The notes under the pieces were generated by a model, which saw only the letters and a program-made list of their open reading frames with translations, was not told the origin of the DNA and ran no database searches. This document shows, piece after piece, positions 61,596 to 64,000 of a DNA stretch of 64,000 nt. Positions within the stretch are counted from its first letter, which is position 1. Each line of letters opens with the position of its first letter. The translations under genes and the position numbers were made by a program. Where the stretch lies: assembly GCA_015067005.1 (NCBI GenBank), contig SVNH01000007.1, positions 41,410 through 105,409 on the forward strand. Reading direction: 5' to 3'. Origin of the DNA: Ruminococcus flavefaciens (lineage in GTDB: Bacteria > Bacillota > Clostridia > Oscillospirales > Ruminococcaceae).

Positions 61596-63983
61596 ATGTA
61601 TCTAAGAATTCTCAAAAAAGATCTGAAGCGGAAAAAAACTCTGAACATTATTCTGCTGCTGTTCGTAATAATGTCATCAATGTTCGCTTCAAGCAGCGTA
61701 AACAACATTTTAGCCATTATGGGCGGACTTGATAATTACTTCGACAAAGCCGGTATTGGTGATTACTGTATCATAAGCAAAGCAAATAATGACCTGCTTT
61801 CCGATATGCTTGATAATGAACCGGAGGTTAATTCATACCGCTGTGAAGAGCAGCTGATGTCCACAACTGACAAAATACACATCAACGGCAACGAAAACAA
61901 TACAAGCAGTGAAAACAGATGGTGCTTTTTCATTTCGGTGGACAACTGCAAGCTGAATTTCTTTGATTCAGATAATGACAAGATCGTCACTGTGCCCAAG
62001 GGTGAGGTGTATGTCACAACTCCGATGATAAGAGACGGCAAGATCTCTGTCGGTGACGAACTCGAAATATCATTAGGCAGCGGCTCTGTAAAACTGAAAG
62101 TTAAGGGAGTTGCCAAGGATGCTTTACTCGGTTCGGAAATAATGAGCAATTCACGATTCATTATGAATCCTGAGGACTACGCAGCCCTGACCTCAGACAA
62201 AGAGGCATCTGATAAACAGATAACAAAAATATTCTATATTGATACCGACGATGTGAGCACACTCAAGCAGTCGCTTGCCGGATCAAGTGCATACGCAATA
62301 TCCTTTGACGGTGACCGTAATATGCTCAAAACTGCTAACATGATAAAAATGTTAGTTGCAATACTTCTTCTCATCGTAAGTTCAAGCCTTATAATACTTT
62401 CATTCGTTGTTCTGAAATTCACTATCGGCTTCACTATCGCTGAGGAATTCCGTGAAATAGGCGTTATGAAAGCTATGGGATTCAAAAACAGTTCTATACG
62501 CGCACTATATATCACAAAATACTCGGCTATTGCTGCTGTTGGCACAGTTATAGGATATTTTGCAGGACTTCCGCTTGGAAATATCCTGCTTGAAAAAGTC
62601 AGCAGCGATATTGTACTTGAATCCAAGAATTCTGTTCTTATAGGTGCTTTCGTTGCAGCAGCAGTGTTCCTCCTTATACTGTGGTTCAGCTGGATAGGCA
62701 CTTCAAAGATCAAGAAGCTCTCCCCTATTGACGCTGTAAGATGCGGTCAGACTGGTGAACGCTTCAAACGCAAGAGCCTCATGCATCTTGGAAAGAGCCG
62801 TCTCGGAACTACCGGTTATCTCGCTGCAAATGATGTTCTGAGCAGTCCTAAGGAATTCAGCATAATCACTATCGTATTCACTCTCTGTGCTATGATGATA
62901 ATGATGCTCTCGGCTGTTGCAAACACAATGAACAGCAGCAAGCTCGTTTACCTTTTCAGTGTAACCGATAGTGATGTCTATATTGATTACGGTTCGGATA
63001 TGGTCGATGTTATGAACGGCTCACAGCCGCTCAGCAATGTGCTTGAAAAGGCTGAAAAAGAACTTGCCGATAACGATATGCCGGCAGACGTTTTCATCGA
63101 GGTTACTTATAAGCTTTCCGTAACCCACAATGATAAACAATTACTGATGCACTTCACACAATGTAAATCCAGAAATCCCGATACGATAGATACTTCAAAA
63201 TACGCAATATATGAGGGAAAGTTCCCTGAATACCCTAATGAGATAGCTCTTACTAAAGTATGTGCGGACGAACTGGATGCTGAGATCGGTGATACAATTA
63301 TGATAGACATTGAAGGAAAAAACGAGGAATTCATTATCTCCGGTTATTTCGATTCAATGAATCAGATGGGGCTCATCGGCAGACTGAATCAGCACATTCA
63401 GCTGAGCGATGACAGTATAGCAACTTATTTCAGTTTACAGGCAAGTTTCACTGATTCTCCAAGTAAAAAAGTTAAAAACGAACGCATAGATACCCTTAAA
63501 AGCATTCATGGTGATGATAACGTTCAGACCACAAGCGAATTCGTTGCAAGCTGCTTCGGCGTTACAGATACTATCGTTGCATTGAAGAAATTTGTGATAA
63601 TCCTCTCTGTTATCATTATTCTCCTGATAACAGTTCTGATGGAAAAGTCGTTCATTACCAAAGAAAAGAGCGAGATAGCCCTTATGAAAGCTATCGGTTT
63701 CAAAAACAGTTCTGTTATTGCTCAGCACGTTCTGAGATTCTTCATAGTAAGTGTGATCGCTTCGTTTGCAGGTGCTGCTATATCACATCCTATGACAAGT
63801 CTTACTATGAAGCCGGTATTTGAAGCGTTCGGTGTAAGAAGCAGTATGAACTACGACTTCTCAGCTGTTGAAACACTGATCTTCTTCCCTGCGATAATCA
63901 TTGCTGCAACGATCATAGGTACTTTCCTTACCGCCCTCAACACAAGAAGGATCAGATCCTCAGACACCGCTGACATTGAATAA
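61596..63983 (+). CDS. ABC transporter permease with two FtsX/MacB-type domains
   Basis: 795 aa. N-terminal TM plus a large extracytoplasmic domain. FtsX signatures GVMKAMGFKNSSI and ALMKAIGFKNSSV, each followed by 3 TM helices. Confidence 0.8.
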   Translation: MYLRILKKDLKRKKTLNIILLLFVIMSSMFASSSVNNILAIMGGLDNYFDKAGIGDYCIISKANNDLLSDMLDNEPEVNSYRCEEQLMSTTDKIHINGNENNTSSENRWCFFISVDNCKLNFFDSDNDKIVTVPKGEVYVTTPMIRDGKISVGDELEISLGSGSVKLKVKGVAKDALLGSEIMSNSRFIMNPEDYAALTSDKEASDKQITKIFYIDTDDVSTLKQSLAGSSAYAISFDGDRNMLKTANMIKMLVAILLLIVSSSLIILSFVVLKFTIGFTIAEEFREIGVMKAMGFKNSSIRALYITKYSAIAAVGTVIGYFAGLPLGNILLEKVSSDIVLESKNSVLIGAFVAAAVFLLILWFSWIGTSKIKKLSPIDAVRCGQTGERFKRKSLMHLGKSRLGTTGYLAANDVLSSPKEFSIITIVFTLCAMMIMMLSAVANTMNSSKLVYLFSVTDSDVYIDYGSDMVDVMNGSQPLSNVLEKAEKELADNDMPADVFIEVTYKLSVTHNDKQLLMHFTQCKSRNPDTIDTSKYAIYEGKFPEYPNEIALTKVCADELDAEIGDTIMIDIEGKNEEFIISGYFDSMNQMGLIGRLNQHIQLSDDSIATYFSLQASFTDSPSKKVKNERIDTLKSIHGDDNVQTTSEFVASCFGVTDTIVALKKFVIILSVIIILLITVLMEKSFITKEKSEIALMKAIGFKNSSVIAQHVLRFFIVSVIASFAGAAISHPMTSLTMKPVFEAFGVRSSMNYDFSAVETLIFFPAIIIAATIIGTFLTALNTRRIRSSDTADIE

Positions 63984-64000
63984 AGGAGTTTTATTATGGA

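Noticed and set aside
61433-61732. A 99-aa plus-strand ORF spanning attR and the permease gene start.
   Set aside because: It crosses the att repeat and the permease promoter/SD, overlaps the well-supported permease ORF out of frame, and has no SD.

Overview
This 64-kb chromosomal window comes from a low-GC Firmicute that looks like a cellulosome-producing rumen Ruminococcus, judging by R. flavefaciens-style dockerins. All calls below come from reading the sequence and recognising motifs; no database search was run.

The window has three layers.

(1) Housekeeping genes: two FAD oxidoreductases, a metallophosphoesterase, MscS, pta, prs, ppa, a beta-carbonic anhydrase, an LMW-PTP, a small alarmone synthetase, dCMP deaminase, an acyl-CoA ligase, acylphosphatase, a HAD hydrolase, an acyltransferase-3 and a FtsX-type ABC permease. 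There are also three tRNA genes (Arg-CCT, Lys-UUU, Arg-ACG) with near-consensus sigma-A promoters.

(2) A dense set of nine dockerin-bearing secreted proteins:
- GH44, GH5 and a GH43-CBM-dockerin-CE1 enzyme.
- A GLUG/Big_2 protein, a CotH protein and a triple beta-sandwich protein.
- Three cohesin-like plus dockerin adaptor proteins.
Associated with them are a GH3 beta-glucosidase and two paralogous cytoplasmic regulators with a PBP1 sugar-binding domain and a GGDEF domain. One regulator has an intact GGDEF. The other has a degenerate GGDEF fused to an AraC HTH.

(3) A 14.3-kb decayed siphovirus-type prophage at 47202-61461, flanked by 23/24-nt direct repeats. It retains:
- Integrase, a CI/Cro switch and lysogeny-expressed cargo genes (zeta-like ATPase, an unknown protein and RhuM).
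- A large terminase, a portal and a prohead protease.
- Only the first ~56 codons of the major capsid gene.
- A tail endopeptidase-like gene, a fibre-like gene and a lysis cassette.

The most unusual signal is inside the prophage head module. Three effector/immunity-like cassettes share a common ELR(G)W/YI...GGxS...KKVDKxEK linker. One is fused to the portal C-terminus. One lies in frame behind the protease TGA stop and has no start codon of its own. One is free-standing. Each carries a different C-terminal toxin-like domain, a 4-nt-overlapping or tightly coupled small ORF, and its own intrinsic terminator. Two of them also end in a 54-nt repeat.
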